From: a virus | IMG/VR virus record: IMGVR_UViG_3300035183_000096 | Span: 62,593-126,592 of that record | Direction: 5' to 3' (one strand) | DNA: 64,000 nt | In this document: positions 48,362 through 57,813 of the stretch, in pieces | Numbering within the stretch: the first letter of the stretch is position 1 | Layout: every line of letters starts with the position of its first letter | Program-made: the position numbers and the translations under genes | The notes under the pieces: generated by a model | Databases searched by the model: none | Told to the model about the DNA's origin: nothing | The model's input: only the letters and a program-made list of their open reading frames with translations

Positions 48362-49091
48362 ACTGGGAATATGCTCATTGTTTAGAGATAGTATGCAATG
48401 GGGTGGCATACATATCAATCATATAGAAAGGTACTTTCATCAGATAGAGTCTCAAACCAATCTTAATCAAAACGAGATTGGTTTTTTCTTACTAGAGGGA
48501 GATTCCAAAGATAATACGGCCGACACCCTCAAAATTTATGCAAGCGAAAGAAATAATGTAAAAATATTCCATCAATCCGCAACTTACGGAATGGTTACTT
48601 CAACTGATGACCCAAACAGAATAGCCTCGGTTAGTAGGCTTGGTACAAGATTGATAAATGAGGCCAAAGAACATTGTCAATATGTTATGTTCGTTGAGTC
48701 CGACCTTATTATGCCCGACAACTTAATCTCTACTTTGCTTAGCGATATTGAACAACTGAAGGCTGGGATTGTAGCACCAATAGCGATGCTTTACGCCCAA
48801 AATATCTTCTATGACACCTGGGCTTTCCGTAACCTAGATGATAGTCGTTGGCAGGGCCATCATCCATTTTCCCATGTTATCGACCAGTATGAAAGATTTA
48901 TACCTATGAAATCGGTTGGCTCTTGTGCTATAATAGATGGAGAGGCTCTCCGTAAAGGTGCTAACTTTAATGAAGGCGCTTTTGTGGAGCTATGTAATAA
49001 CGTGCGTAGCTTAGGGTATGAAATATATGCTGACAAACTTTTGCGTATATGGCATCCCTCAAGTAGTCTAGTTAATGGTAGGTGGGTATGA
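48351..49091 (+). CDS. Glycosyltransferase (GT-A, ANP1/GT2-like)
   Basis: EGDSKDNT, ESDL, FYDTWAFR and SVGSC motifs. Confidence 0.7.
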   Translation: MKYKLGICSLFRDSMQWGGIHINHIERYFHQIESQTNLNQNEIGFFLLEGDSKDNTADTLKIYASERNNVKIFHQSATYGMVTSTDDPNRIASVSRLGTRLINEAKEHCQYVMFVESDLIMPDNLISTLLSDIEQLKAGIVAPIAMLYAQNIFYDTWAFRNLDDSRWQGHHPFSHVIDQYERFIPMKSVGSCAIIDGEALRKGANFNEGAFVELCNNVRSLGYEIYADKLLRIWHPSSSLVNGRWV

Positions 49092-50176
49092 TAAGGACAT
49101 ATTCTCCGATAATAGCTAAGAATCAAGTAAAGTATGTAAACGATTGCCTAGAAAGCAATATGCTCACATTTCATGGTAAATATGTTCGTGAATTTGAAGA
49201 GAGGTTGGCCGACTATATAGGCACTAAGCATTGTATTACAACTTTCAACGGCTCAGTATCCCTATTTGCTATATTACATTGTATTAAGCCACAACACCAT
49301 CGCCCCTGTATATTCACATCTTCTATGACTTATGTAGCCACAGTAAGCCAAAGTATATTAGCGGGATATGAACCGATACTAATAGATTGTGATAGCAACT
49401 TTCAAATGGACCTAAATAAGTTAGAGGACGCATGTAAGACATTCGGCGGCGTTAAAATTCTTCTTCTACCTCAATTATACGCTGATACGGCAAACATCAG
49501 GGAGGTTATAAGACTGTGTGATAAGTATAATCTCACTTTGCTTGAGGATTCCGCTGAAGCCTTTGGTTGTAAAACTATGGACAAACATCTTGGAACATTT
49601 GGGCTAGCGGGTTCATTTTCTTTCTTTGCTAATAAAATAATAACTTGTGGTGAGGGCGGATGTATAGTTACAGATGATGATATACTAGCTGAGAAACTTC
49701 GTCTATTTAAGAATCAGGCCAACATAGGTTACTATCGTCATGACGGCGCAGGTTCCAACTTCAGAATGACTAACATACAAGCCGCTATAGGTTTAGCTCA
49801 ACTGGAAGAAATCGACTTTATTTTAGAACAAAAAGCCTTGATAGCCGCCGCCTATCGTGCTAAAATTTCAAAAAAAGTGCAAGCAGTGGTGCCGCAAAAC
49901 GCCAAATCCTCTGAATGGATGCCGGTGTTTAAGTTACCATATAATGTAAACTATCTCGATTTTGATAGACACTGCAAACAAAATGATATTGAAACAAGGC
50001 CTGGTTTTATGCCAGTACATCTAATGGATGGGTTCAGACAACTAAAAAGAACTGATTTATCTATGTGTGAGTCTATGGTAGATAGATACTTTATACTACC
50101 ATGTGGCCCAACACTTACGAACGCGGAAAGAAACTCAATCATTAAGGTTGTAAATAGTTATTTTGAAAGGAAATAA
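49088..50176 (+). CDS. DegT/DnrJ PLP aminotransferase (perosamine synthase-like)
   Basis: EDSAEAFG, SFFANKIITCGEGG and NFRMTNIQAAIGLAQLE motifs. Confidence 0.9.
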   Translation: MIRTYSPIIAKNQVKYVNDCLESNMLTFHGKYVREFEERLADYIGTKHCITTFNGSVSLFAILHCIKPQHHRPCIFTSSMTYVATVSQSILAGYEPILIDCDSNFQMDLNKLEDACKTFGGVKILLLPQLYADTANIREVIRLCDKYNLTLLEDSAEAFGCKTMDKHLGTFGLAGSFSFFANKIITCGEGGCIVTDDDILAEKLRLFKNQANIGYYRHDGAGSNFRMTNIQAAIGLAQLEEIDFILEQKALIAAAYRAKISKKVQAVVPQNAKSSEWMPVFKLPYNVNYLDFDRHCKQNDIETRPGFMPVHLMDGFRQLKRTDLSMCESMVDRYFILPCGPTLTNAERNSIIKVVNSYFERK

Positions 50177-50177
50177 C

Positions 50178-50759
50178 ATGAACTTTTGGTTTACAAGCGA
50201 TTTTCATTTTGGTCACGCCAACATCATTAAGTATAGTAACAGGCCGTTTGTTGACACAATTGAGATGGACGAAACAATTCTCCGCAATCTTAACCGCAAG
50301 GTAAAACCGGACGACATCCTATACTTTCTTGGCGATTTCCTTTTCGGCCAAGACAAGATTAGAAGGTTTTTCAATTACCGTTCCCGCATTAAATGCAACA
50401 ACATTATCGCTATTTGGGGCAATCATGACGATGTTATCCGTAAGGACAACAACATTCGCCAAGCCTTTAGTTGGAGTGGTGACTTCAAAGAGGCTTTCCC
50501 AGGCGGTAAACGTATTACACTATGCCATTACGCCATGAAGATTTGGAATAAATCCCATCATAGAGCGTACCACCTCTACGGCCACAGTCATGGCTCTCTA
50601 CCTGACGACCCAACATCATGTAGTTTCGATGTTGGTGTAGATACAGAGCTATTTGGTCACACTAGGTTTACGCCTTACAGCCTGGAAGAGGTTGTAGAAA
50701 TTATGACCAAACATAAAAGGTTTGTGCCTGTGGACCATCATAACACTATAACTAAGTAA
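50178..50759 (+). CDS. Calcineurin-like metallophosphoesterase
   Basis: SDFHFGH, LGD, GNHD, HY and GHSH motifs. Confidence 0.9.
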   Translation: MNFWFTSDFHFGHANIIKYSNRPFVDTIEMDETILRNLNRKVKPDDILYFLGDFLFGQDKIRRFFNYRSRIKCNNIIAIWGNHDDVIRKDNNIRQAFSWSGDFKEAFPGGKRITLCHYAMKIWNKSHHRAYHLYGHSHGSLPDDPTSCSFDVGVDTELFGHTRFTPYSLEEVVEIMTKHKRFVPVDHHNTITK

Positions 50760-50763
50760 AAGA

Positions 50764-51333
50764 ATGGCTACCGCGTACATGCAAAGAATGTTCACGCCTG
50801 AGTGCCTTAAAAAAGACGCAAAACTCATGGCAGACTATATCAAGGCAAGCGGCATACAATACGATTACATAGCCTGTCGGGGTATAAGTGGGATTGTCTT
50901 TGGAACCGCCCTTAGTATGGTGACCGGCAAGGGTATCGCGGCTGTCCGCAAGCCTAATGATGACACCCACGCGAAAACCCTAGTTGAATTTAACGAAGGA
51001 CTCTCAAACCCAACCCACAAATATATAATCGTTGATGACTTTGTGGCCAGTGGAGCAACTGCTCGTTCCATCATCGAGGTTATGAGGGGCCACGGTTTGT
51101 GCTGTGCCGGCATGTTCTGCTATCACACCGACGGCGACCCCATACAATGCCGGAGCGACATCACGCCCGACACTCCGGAGCTGCCCATCGTGTACTGTAT
51201 GCACGATTTGAAAAAGTGGTTAGCCATGGTGAAAGGGATTTATATGCCAGAACCCATCAAGCCACTGGTTCAAAAAATCATCAAGGTTTTTGAATCCAAA
51301 CTGAAGAGACAGGCACCTAAAAAGAAAGGTTAG
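50764..51333 (+). CDS. Type I phosphoribosyltransferase
   Basis: PRPP-binding loop IIVDDFVASGAT and VRK motif. Confidence 0.85.
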   Translation: MATAYMQRMFTPECLKKDAKLMADYIKASGIQYDYIACRGISGIVFGTALSMVTGKGIAAVRKPNDDTHAKTLVEFNEGLSNPTHKYIIVDDFVASGATARSIIEVMRGHGLCCAGMFCYHTDGDPIQCRSDITPDTPELPIVYCMHDLKKWLAMVKGIYMPEPIKPLVQKIIKVFESKLKRQAPKKKG

Positions 51334-51339
51334 GCTATC

Positions 51340-51639
51340 ATGATGGAAGTAAGGTGGGAGCTGTCCAACCTACCCAGACGAACCTTCTCCTTAGACCTAA
51401 GCAAAAGAAAGGATGGTGTTATCGTGCGTAAGACGACATTCAAAGTTACGGGTAGTGCACCGCGTGAAAATAACGCTAACTACATCGAACGCAGCACAAC
51501 CTGTAAGAACCTAGAAGACGCTGAAGCCTTATACGAAGTCTTCAAGAACCTCTATCATGTCGTCATCTTAGTACGATACATGTACTACCAGACCGACCTC
51601 GTGGAGATATGTACAATTAAATCCTACTATCAAGGGTAG
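51340..51639 (+). CDS. Hypothetical protein
   Basis: 99-aa ORF continuing the operon. Confidence 0.5.
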   Translation: MMEVRWELSNLPRRTFSLDLSKRKDGVIVRKTTFKVTGSAPRENNANYIERSTTCKNLEDAEALYEVFKNLYHVVILVRYMYYQTDLVEICTIKSYYQG

Positions 51640-51875
51640 TAGTGTCCTATCTTTTTTTTAAAAAAATTCTTATAGTCCGGTGTAGAATTATATGTTGGAG
51701 TCAACGTCCAAACCTCCGCATGATTACCTGCATCAGTAATGATGTTCATATTCGAGTAAGTCGGGCACATAGGCTTTGAGTCACGCGACGACAACAACCT
51801 ATCACTAATCTTTCTTTTGCTTAGATGTCTAGGACATCATAAGCATGATAGTCCATTGTCTATAGGGCAGAAAAT

Positions 51876-52094
51876 ATGAAAGAACTACACGAAAAGTTCC
51901 GCAAGTTGTTTGTTTTATACCTCATGAAAGAGACTCCGGACAAAGGCCCCATTGTTATCACCCGCACTTCAACTGAGCGTGATAGCGTAGTAAACCTAGC
52001 CAAACGCCAGCAAATCCCTATCACAGTACAAGTTGTAAGTCCTGATATGGCCTATGTTTACGTAAAATCGGCTCAAACACCTGGGAAGGCGTGA
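51876..52094 (+). CDS. Hypothetical protein
   Basis: 72-aa ORF. Confidence 0.45.
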   Translation: MKELHEKFRKLFVLYLMKETPDKGPIVITRTSTERDSVVNLAKRQQIPITVQVVSPDMAYVYVKSAQTPGKA

Positions 52095-52498
52095 AATTTG
52101 ATGTAAGTCCTTACGCTGTAAGGGTTAAGATAAATTTTGATTACTTGCTTAAAGAGTTGCTCAGTAAATGTTATGATTTAACCTTACGACGCCATTTTCT
52201 CCTTCCTTCTCTTTCTATGTGTTCGTGTGAGGTCTAAATCTATACAGGATAAGGACTTATGTTTACAAACCCCCACTAAGTTTTCCGGTAAATCTACCTT
52301 TCATACCTAGTACTATTCATTACATGAATCACACTTAACGTTATTTTAATCTCAGTAAACAATCCACGATAATAGTTCTTATTACCATAATAAATAAAAA
52401 AAATAAGAAATTAAACACAGGCTGGGCTTGAAAAATAGGTCGGGCTGTGCTATAAATGGGATATACCTAACCCGGACAGTTTAGGAGAACACACAAGT

Positions 52499-52888
52499 AT
52501 GAACGAGGCTAAAAAACTCAAGAAAATCATCGAACTTACACCGTATGAATTCCAATACCTTTTTAGGGAGAGAAATCTCACTCTAACTCTTGATGAAATT
52601 CCAACCATCAAAAACATCAACTCTTGCATTCTTAAGGAATATGAGAAGGATAAGAGTAAATTTGAGATGGGCGGATGGCACGACGGTGATAAGCATTGTT
52701 TGGCTGGATGGGCAATCCATCTTGGCGGCGAGGAGGGGTATGAATTACAAAGCAAAGTTGGCCCAGGCATGGCCGGCTCTCTTATCTTTGCCAAAAATAG
52801 TGGTCATGTGCCTAACTTCTATTCCAATAATCGAAATGCCATTAAAAACCTTCGTAGGCGTGCAGCCCGCGAAAGGCGTCATGGCTAA
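52499..52888 (+). CDS. Hypothetical protein (HCLAGWA motif)
   Basis: AGGAG SD; TTGAAA-N17-TATAAA promoter at 52428; WH...HCLAGWA motif. Confidence 0.65.
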   Translation: MNEAKKLKKIIELTPYEFQYLFRERNLTLTLDEIPTIKNINSCILKEYEKDKSKFEMGGWHDGDKHCLAGWAIHLGGEEGYELQSKVGPGMAGSLIFAKNSGHVPNFYSNNRNAIKNLRRRAARERRHG

Positions 52889-52991
52889 ACATCGTATGAC
52901 CTTGGCGAGATACAAAGTGGGATGCCAATGATTTTATCAACAGGATTAATGGTCTATGGTGTTTTGAAGAGTTCCAGGAGGAGGTGTAGAT

Positions 52992-53480
52992 ATGAAGACT
53001 ACAAAAACTCTATACATGATGAGGTCTATTCCAGGTGGAGGCAAAACTTTCCTAGCTAACCAAATAAAGAAACAAGCGGAAGAGGCCGGAAAAACTGCAG
53101 TTATTCACTCTACAGATTCATACTTTATGAAGAATGGAGTGTATGATTTTGAGCCGGATAAGTTAGGCTACTATCATAAGTGTAATCAAGCGGCTTGTGA
53201 AGGTAGTATGCTTAAGCAAGAGGAAATTATAGTGATTGATAATACAAATATCACTTGGAAAGATATGAAAAGGTATATTGAATTAGCTAATGAGTATGGT
53301 TACAGAGTTGTATTTGTTTATCCTCAAACTTCTTGGCGTATGGATGCTAATGAGTGTTTTAAACGTAATACTCACGATGTACCATTAGAAGCTATTCAAC
53401 GTATGGTAAAAAGATTCATACCACACAACGAGTTGTTAAAAACTGTATGGAATGAATTTCCAAACTTGGAAGTTGTATAG
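52992..53480 (+). CDS. AAA_33 / N4BP2-like polynucleotide kinase
   Basis: PGGGKT P-loop, HSTDSYF, VIDNTN and RNTHDVP motifs. Confidence 0.8.
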   Translation: MKTTKTLYMMRSIPGGGKTFLANQIKKQAEEAGKTAVIHSTDSYFMKNGVYDFEPDKLGYYHKCNQAACEGSMLKQEEIIVIDNTNITWKDMKRYIELANEYGYRVVFVYPQTSWRMDANECFKRNTHDVPLEAIQRMVKRFIPHNELLKTVWNEFPNLEVV

Positions 53481-53566
53481 GGTTAAAACCCATACATTAA
53501 CTTTCCTCTTGCTTAAAAGATATACAAGATGAAGGCAAAAAGTCAAGTAAAAAAAGGAGATTTTTT

Positions 53567-53785
53567 ATGTTTTTTCCGGAATTTCTGTTTACGGTTTGGT
53601 TAATAATTACTAGCTTTTTCATTTTATTCTCACTTTGTTTGTCCGTGGTTAACTATGAAAGAACAATTAAGATTTTTGCCATTGCGATGGTATGGCCTAT
53701 ACTTACAGCAATATATATTTTCAGGTTTTTATTAAAAAGCGTAGTTGAAGCCATTGCTTTAGTATATCATTACCTTTACTCATGA
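53567..53785 (+). CDS. Small membrane protein
   Basis: Two hydrophobic segments, AAGGAG SD. Confidence 0.55.
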   Translation: MFFPEFLFTVWLIITSFFILFSLCLSVVNYERTIKIFAIAMVWPILTAIYIFRFLLKSVVEAIALVYHYLYS

Positions 53786-53843
53786 CCAGAAAATTATGTT
53801 ACATTCGTCGGACATCCACTAACCCCGTGTAAAGGAGACAAAA

Positions 53844-55859
53844 ATGAAGCTGGAAGGCGTTAAGAACGAAATCGAAACTTCTGGTAACATGGAACAGACT
53901 TCGTTTCGTATTAAGACTTCGGCCAACAGCTTTCGTATTTTATCCTCCGGTCTTTACAAGAATAAGGTGCGGGCTATTGTACGCGAGCTTGGCACCAACG
54001 CTTGGGACGCTCATGTTGCGGCTGGTAACACAACTAAGCCGTTTTATGTCCACTTGCCTAATCGGTTTGAGCCTTTCTTTATGATTAGGGACTATGGCAC
54101 GGGGTTGTCTGACAACGATATTAAGTCAATATATACAACATACTTTGAATCTAACAAGTCAGACAGCAACGACTTTACTGGCTGTCTAGGCTTAGGCTCT
54201 AAGAGTCCTTTCAGCTATACAGATAGCTTTGCGGTGTCCTCCTATCAAAATGGCCGTAAAACTACTTGGACCGCGTTTGTTGGTGAGGAAGGCGTACCAA
54301 TGATTGCTTTCGTAAGTGAAGAAGTTACCGATGAACCTGATGGTTTATGCGTACAATTTCCTGTGGCCGGTTCCGATATTGATACTTTCCTTTATGAAGC
54401 AAAGTCTGTTTATAACAACTTTGTGGTGAGACCAAAGATTGTTGGTCAAACGGTGAATTGGACCGAACTTCCCCAGCCTTTAATGCAAGGTGCTTATTGG
54501 GCTGCTTATGACCGTAATACGACGAGTAAAAGTATGTTGGTTATGGGTAATGTTACTTATCCAATTGAATGGGGTTTGGCTGGAGTATGTAGCCGGCTAT
54601 TCAATCGCTATAATATTCGTATCAATGCCAACATCGGTGACGTAGATATTACCGCTTCTCGTGAAACACTTAAATATACTAAGAGAACAAAAGATTTTAT
54701 TGCTCGCATCGGCAAGCAAATCGGCGATGAGATGAGCAAGCAAATCCATGTTGAGCTTGATAAGGAAGATTGTTTGTATAACGCACGCCACTTTGTACGT
54801 CAACATTACTTATTCTTCCCGCATGGTAGTCAGTTTGTCTGGAAAGGTACTTCGTATGCGTCAGATGCGACTACTAATATTGGGCGTGACTTTATTCGTC
54901 TTAAGTGTATTTTTAAGGATAAAATTCTTAAGAAGATTTATAGCGTAAATTCCGTATATGGTCAAGCTATTCAATATAATATCCCACTCTCTCGTATTAT
55001 GTTCGTAGTAGCTGATATCCGCCGTGGTACGGAAGCTCGCGTGCGTTACCATGTCAAGAATAATCAGGATATTCGAGAAGTATATATCTTTACTAAGCCT
55101 TTTAAGGACGAAGCAGAACGCAAGGCTTTTGTTGACAACCTTGGTATTCGTGATAGTGATATTATTATGGCTTCCACATTAGCCAAGGCTAAGTATCCCA
55201 AGAAAAATACAACTACTCAACCAAATGTGGATAAGATTTTCAAGTATGATAACAAATCTGGCAGCATGAAGAGCCGTTGGATACTTGAGCCTACTGCCGC
55301 TGGTGGTTATTATGTTGAGCTTAATGGTTTCAAACCAACTGGTTATAAAACCAATGAGTTCGACAACATTATTGGCGTATTACAATGTTTAGATGCAACT
55401 CTCGTTTGCAAAATCTACGGTGTGCATAAAAGCATGTTACCGAAAATCCAAGGAAATTCTGCTTGGATTCCCTTGACAAAGGCTGTGGAACACGCTAAAA
55501 TCCAGGAGGCTCAATGCTTGGAAATGGCTACCCATTATGATTACTGGAGTAAGCTAAATTGTCTTGACTGCATTAAGAAGACGAATAATAAGGTTATCAT
55601 GGATATGGTAGCTGAGTACAAGAAGTTTATCGGTAATTTTGAAACTATTAGTAAGTTACGGTACATTGTTGGTGAAGAAGAGAGGGAGAAGTTTAAGAAC
55701 AATAAGGTTGAAGACTTCCTTACGAAAATTGAGAAACAGTATCCATTGGTTGCATTTTGGTGTCGTAACGGGCAATACCCCAGTGATACACATTTGGTAC
55801 AACACTACGTAGAATTAGTCGAGGCACAATATGAACGGCAGCTTCTTGAAGACAAATAA
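53844..55859 (+). CDS. rIIA: rIIA-like protein (GHKL ATPase domain)
   Basis: LYKNKVRAIVRELGTNAWDAH, RDYGTGL and GCLGLGSKSPFSY motifs; followed by an rIIB-like gene. Confidence 0.85.
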   Translation: MKLEGVKNEIETSGNMEQTSFRIKTSANSFRILSSGLYKNKVRAIVRELGTNAWDAHVAAGNTTKPFYVHLPNRFEPFFMIRDYGTGLSDNDIKSIYTTYFESNKSDSNDFTGCLGLGSKSPFSYTDSFAVSSYQNGRKTTWTAFVGEEGVPMIAFVSEEVTDEPDGLCVQFPVAGSDIDTFLYEAKSVYNNFVVRPKIVGQTVNWTELPQPLMQGAYWAAYDRNTTSKSMLVMGNVTYPIEWGLAGVCSRLFNRYNIRINANIGDVDITASRETLKYTKRTKDFIARIGKQIGDEMSKQIHVELDKEDCLYNARHFVRQHYLFFPHGSQFVWKGTSYASDATTNIGRDFIRLKCIFKDKILKKIYSVNSVYGQAIQYNIPLSRIMFVVADIRRGTEARVRYHVKNNQDIREVYIFTKPFKDEAERKAFVDNLGIRDSDIIMASTLAKAKYPKKNTTTQPNVDKIFKYDNKSGSMKSRWILEPTAAGGYYVELNGFKPTGYKTNEFDNIIGVLQCLDATLVCKIYGVHKSMLPKIQGNSAWIPLTKAVEHAKIQEAQCLEMATHYDYWSKLNCLDCIKKTNNKVIMDMVAEYKKFIGNFETISKLRYIVGEEEREKFKNNKVEDFLTKIEKQYPLVAFWCRNGQYPSDTHLVQHYVELVEAQYERQLLEDK

Positions 55860-56523
55860 CGGTACTCTTACGGTTTTCTATGATGGCAACATGCTAACCG
55901 TAAATCCAGACCATCCCAATTACGCTGAGATTCTGAAGCGAGTTCGTTCTGGCGAGTTTTATGGGTTGTCCGAACTATTCAACATTGCTAAGGGCATTGC
56001 TGAATACACCTTTGGTAAGGTAGTTGTTAAGGATTGTAAAGTGTGGTATGGCACCCATGAGATTAATAATACATTGGTTGACCGTATCATCGAGGGCATG
56101 AGAAATGGTGTGGACTATGAACGCTTCATAAAGTTCCTTGATAAACTCTTGGAAAACCCAAGCAATCGTTCTTTGGAGCAGTTGTACAACTTTCTCAAGC
56201 ACAACAGTCTTGCGATTGCTGAGGATGGGGATTTCTATGCTTATAAGGGTATCCGTGAGGATTGGAAAGATTGTTACACTGGTAGCATCGACAACAGTGT
56301 TGGTAAGACTATCAACATGCCTCGTAACCTGATTAGTGACGACCCGCAAAAGGTTTGTCATCGTGGCTTGCATATTGGAACAGAGAGTTTTGCCCGTGGG
56401 TATGGTTCTCGTTTAATTAAGGTGAAGGTAAACCCAAAGGATGTGGTAAGTGTACCCTATGATTTTGATAGTCAAAAATGTAGGACTTGTTCCTATTTCG
56501 TAGAATCTGAAGTGCAAAAGTAG
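55831..56523 (+). CDS. rIIB: rIIB-like protein
   Basis: NPS..S.EQLY.FL, DGDFYAYK, C..GLH and VNPKDVVSVP.D motifs. Confidence 0.85.
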   Translation: MNGSFLKTNNGTLTVFYDGNMLTVNPDHPNYAEILKRVRSGEFYGLSELFNIAKGIAEYTFGKVVVKDCKVWYGTHEINNTLVDRIIEGMRNGVDYERFIKFLDKLLENPSNRSLEQLYNFLKHNSLAIAEDGDFYAYKGIREDWKDCYTGSIDNSVGKTINMPRNLISDDPQKVCHRGLHIGTESFARGYGSRLIKVKVNPKDVVSVPYDFDSQKCRTCSYFVESEVQK

Positions 56524-56553
56524 TGTCCGTATGGAACCCCAAGGAGATTAGAG

Positions 56554-57813
56554 ATGAAATGGTTGCTTAGCATATGCGTTATAGTTCTGGCTATGGCCGA
56601 AGGCGAAAATATACCAAACGAATATCCTTTACACCCTATGCGTATGGGTCTTAATGTTCCTCGCATAACAGATGATGCAGAAATGGACCACGCTTTACAT
56701 AGTCCTAACACAGTGTATTATAAGTTTAGGCAGGTGTGGCAACACTACATCCCAGATTGTGTAGTGGAAGAGAAGAATGAGACACTTGGAACCGTAACTA
56801 AGCAACTTCATTTAGGTACTTGGGGAGTGTTTTTCAGTGATTACCTTAAGGATACCAACGCTAATCAGGACTTTCCTTGGGAAACAACGATAGGGTTAAA
56901 CATCCCTCATAAAGCGGGCAGTAAACTATATGGAGCGATGAACTTTATACATCTACCAGAACGACCCGACGGCAGTATTATCCCAATCTTGCTTATTCCA
57001 GGTAAGCTACGCCCTCCTCAACCTGCCCGCTGGATATTCCCACCAAAAACCATAGTTGGTGAAATTATTTATGTTACCCACAATGGTAAAAATTACATAC
57101 AAGAGATTAGGACAAGACAAAAAACTACGGACCAAACCAAATGGTTTCCTAATGTATATAGGCCAGTTAAGAATCAAGCTGAATTTACAATTCTAGCTGG
57201 AATTCCCCCATACACCCCTACAACTAAATATATGTTCTTTAGAAACTCAGAAGAAGACGAAGTTCAAAAGCTAGAAGGTCATATTGAGAGATTACCAGAT
57301 ATACCTGAGAGTAAGGTTATTGATATACTTAAGAGAGACTTTAAGAAAGTAACTAACGAAAATTGGCATCCTATGGCCGAACAAGACTTCCATATTCTAC
57401 CAAAGGATTATAGTTTTGGTGTCGTTGGACAGGTTGATGCGGTTAATTGTGCCCGTTGCCACAACCAAACACAGATTAGCGTGCGTAATCTTATACCAAA
57501 AGAACCAATCATTAGATTAAACCCTCAAAGTGTTGGTAACATTCGTGGTAGTGATGGTATATTTACATGGCAACCTTTTGAATTAAGCAGCATACGGGCT
57601 TCTGCTTATGACCCAATAACACCAAATGTGGAACAGCCAAAGTACAGGGATTATGATTTGCGTCGTGGTATAATTAAAGTTGTTGGCCCTCACGACCCAA
57701 ACACAGAAGACTATAAGATGACTTTGTACGTACAAGAGGCTTTACTTCCATACGAATTGCCCGAATCTAAGTATCTTCATCCTACTCAGAAAGGAAAGAA
57801 ACAAGATGACTAA
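56554..57813 (+). CDS. Secreted protein with a CxxCH motif (putative c-type cytochrome)
   Basis: N-terminal signal peptide; CARCH motif. Confidence 0.55.
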   Translation: MKWLLSICVIVLAMAEGENIPNEYPLHPMRMGLNVPRITDDAEMDHALHSPNTVYYKFRQVWQHYIPDCVVEEKNETLGTVTKQLHLGTWGVFFSDYLKDTNANQDFPWETTIGLNIPHKAGSKLYGAMNFIHLPERPDGSIIPILLIPGKLRPPQPARWIFPPKTIVGEIIYVTHNGKNYIQEIRTRQKTTDQTKWFPNVYRPVKNQAEFTILAGIPPYTPTTKYMFFRNSEEDEVQKLEGHIERLPDIPESKVIDILKRDFKKVTNENWHPMAEQDFHILPKDYSFGVVGQVDAVNCARCHNQTQISVRNLIPKEPIIRLNPQSVGNIRGSDGIFTWQPFELSSIRASAYDPITPNVEQPKYRDYDLRRGIIKVVGPHDPNTEDYKMTLYVQEALLPYELPESKYLHPTQKGKKQDD

